Source of the DNA: Lepidodermella squamata
Lineage: Eukaryota > Animalia > Gastrotricha
Direction: 5' to 3'
DNA length: 64,000 nt
Assembly: GCA_047495785.1 (NCBI GenBank)
Contig: JBLDXI010000042.1
Location: 1,116,001-1,180,000 of the forward strand
In this document: positions 61,801 through 64,000 of the stretch, piece after piece
Numbering within the stretch: the stretch's first letter is position 1
How the letters are laid out: every line of letters begins with the position of its first letter
The notes under the pieces: generated by a model
The model's input: the letters and a program-made list of their open reading frames with translations, nothing else
What the model was told of the DNA's origin: nothing
Databases searched by the model: none
Made by a program: the position numbers and the translations under genes

Positions 61801-63800
61801 GTCGAAACAAATTCTACCACGCCTCATGGGCAGAATACTATGAGGGCTACGACGATGGGCCTAGTGTCGTTCGATTCCTCGCATTTTTCCGCACATGATG
61901 GTTGCAACTAACTTTGCGCACAAATATTACATACAGGTCAAAAATGCAAGTGAGAAAGCCTAACTGCGTGAGTGCGCACACTAAAAATACCAAGTATTAC
62001 CGCGCAGCGAAAAACACCATAACTACGGCGGCCACAACGACCAGCTTGGTCTCAAAATTCTTAGCTGAATAAGCTCTACGCGTTAAAATTATTAATATAT
62101 CAGCACAAATTCGCTGAATAAAAAAATGCGAATGCAAAGTTGATCAACAAAATTATGAAAATTTGTCTTGACAAAGGGTGTGGCGTCAAATGGGTGCGCC
62201 CTGTGAATGTGGGGCTTGGACCAGTTGAAGGGGCGCCTTGAGTTACCCATTTCTCATGAATATTTGTAATTGAAGTCGCAGTTAAAATACACCTAGAATA
62301 AAAGAATCGATATTTGAAAATTTACTCAGTTTGTTATTTATCTCATATTAGACCGCGTGGCCTATTGGCAAAAATCTGTGATAGGTGTTGGCATGCGGAT
62401 TTCACCTCTCGAAAGCCCGTCATATTCTGTAATTGACATGGTTATTTTACTAAACCGGGACTATTCCTAATTGTCGTGAAATGATTCTCAAAAACGTCGA
62501 AATTTCGAAATTTTAAGGTGGATCGGCCGCGCCTCCTATAGACAAAAAACTATGAGGGCTACGACGATGGGCCTAGTGTCGTTCGATTCGTCTTGAAATT
62601 CTACGTCGGCCTACATAATGTCTATGTGCGCACAAAACTGCTACGCGTGTCGGAAATATGACAGAAAACGGCTCTGAGTGAGTGTGTTAGCGCCGCCGCG
62701 CACTAGAAATGAGTTGAAAAACGCGATTCTCCGGGCTTCTATTGCTCGACAACCATGAGCGCTACGATTATGCGGTTGGGCTCTAAAAATTCAGCGGAAA
62801 ATTTGCTGCATTTTACGTACATTCAAATACAAGCGCTACCAGAATGAGGTGTCAAAAAAAATTAACAATAGTCGGAAAAATTGAAAATTTTACTGCGCAA
62901 TCAATAGCGCCATAAATAAAAGGGCTACAACGACCAGCCCGGACTCAAATTGGCCAGCCTGCTATGCTCTAAGCGTTAGAATCATTAATATAACAGCGCA
63001 AATGAAGATAATGATGAACATGAGAGTGCAAAGTTGATAAATGTTAAACAAAATTTACTTTGGCTTGGGCGTGGCATCAAATGGGTGCGTCTTGTGAGTG
63101 TGAGGCATCAACCATCAAGTAGGGCGCCTCGAATAACCTATGTCTCATGAAAATTCGTCACTGATGTCGCAGTAAAATATGACCCGTAAATATAAAAGCG
63201 AAATTTCGAATTTTTTTGCGTTGATTTTTATCTCACATTTCACCGCGAGGCTTATATGCAAACAACCGTGATAGGTGTTGGCATGCGGTGTTCACCGTTC
63301 GAAAGCCCGTCAAACTTTGTACGGGAAATAGTTGCTTTATTACACAGGGACTCTTCCAAACTTTCGTGAAAAAAATCACAAAAACATCGAAATTGTGAAA
63401 TTTTAAGGTGGATGGACCGCGCCTTCTATAGGCAAATAACTGTGAGTGCTACGGCGATGGGCGTAGTCTCGTTCGATTCGTCTTGAAATTTTACGTTGGA
63501 CTCAATGATTTGTATGTGCGCACAAGACTGCTGCATGTGCTTAAAATTTGACAGAAATCAACTCACTGTGAGTGTGCGAGCGCCGCGGCACGCTAAAAAT
63601 AGGTTGAAAAATGCGATTTACCGCGCCTCTTGCTGTTCAACAACCATGAGGGCTGTTATAACGCGGCTGGTCTCTAAAAATTCAGCGCAAAATTTGCTAC
63701 ATTCTACGTGCATTCAAATATGAGCGCTACCAGGTTGAGCTGCCAAACAAATTGACAAAAGTCGAAAAAATTGAAATTTTAATTTTCACTAAAAATCAAT
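58900..63800. repeat. Degenerate long-unit (~0.7-0.9 kb) repeat array with one inverted block
   Basis: Marker TTTTAAGGTGG...ATGAGGGCTACGACGAT...CGTCTTGAAATT recurs at ~60912, ~61790, ~62511 and ~63401, and as reverse complement at ~59130-59220. Confidence 0.85.
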
Positions 63801-64000
63801 CGCGCGCTAAACGCTCTAGTCAGGGGAAATCTGGCGAATCTCGCGGCGGTTTTGGTACCAAAAAATCGGCCATCCTTTCTAGTATCTAAAAATTTGACTT
63901 TGTCACGACAAATTCCGCACCTATCTGGGTGTCATACGCGCCTTGAAAGTTTCACACACAGTTAGTGAGGGCCACTTTTTCAAGTGCGCACAACTTGTAA

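Noticed and set aside
59133-63723. Short ORFs in the terminal repeat array
   Set aside because: Frames are not conserved between repeat units and show no domain signal.

Overview
Animal (invertebrate) genomic DNA with short GT-AG introns (mostly 45-60 bp); the ORF track fragments most genes, so the models below were spliced by hand. The window holds: (1) a tandem array of divergent four-exon Cys-loop ion-channel genes (one partial, four complete, one 5' remnant) with a minimal M3-M4 loop, a degenerate nicotinic ligand box and a hypervariable acidic loop C; (2) two secreted proteins that share an unrecognised ~45-aa four-cysteine repeat region with largely matching intron positions but end in different domains (two C-type lectin domains in a copy broken by a 5.2-kb TIR transposon; two LamG/ConA-like domains in the other); (3) two astacin-EGF-CUB-kringle-CTL-CTL metalloproteases; (4) a 5'-truncated trypsin-like protease followed by sushi domains; (5) two small secreted one-disulfide peptide precursors; (6) a divergent Kunitz peptide; (7) a type II membrane SGNH hydrolase with a LINE fragment in its intron; (8) many DNA transposons/MITEs with visible TIRs and TSDs, including a pogo-like segment carrying OTU and ankyrin coding sequence; (9) a degenerate ~0.7-0.9 kb repeat array at the right end. 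The species cannot be identified from the sequence, and no database search was run, so novelty claims are untested.
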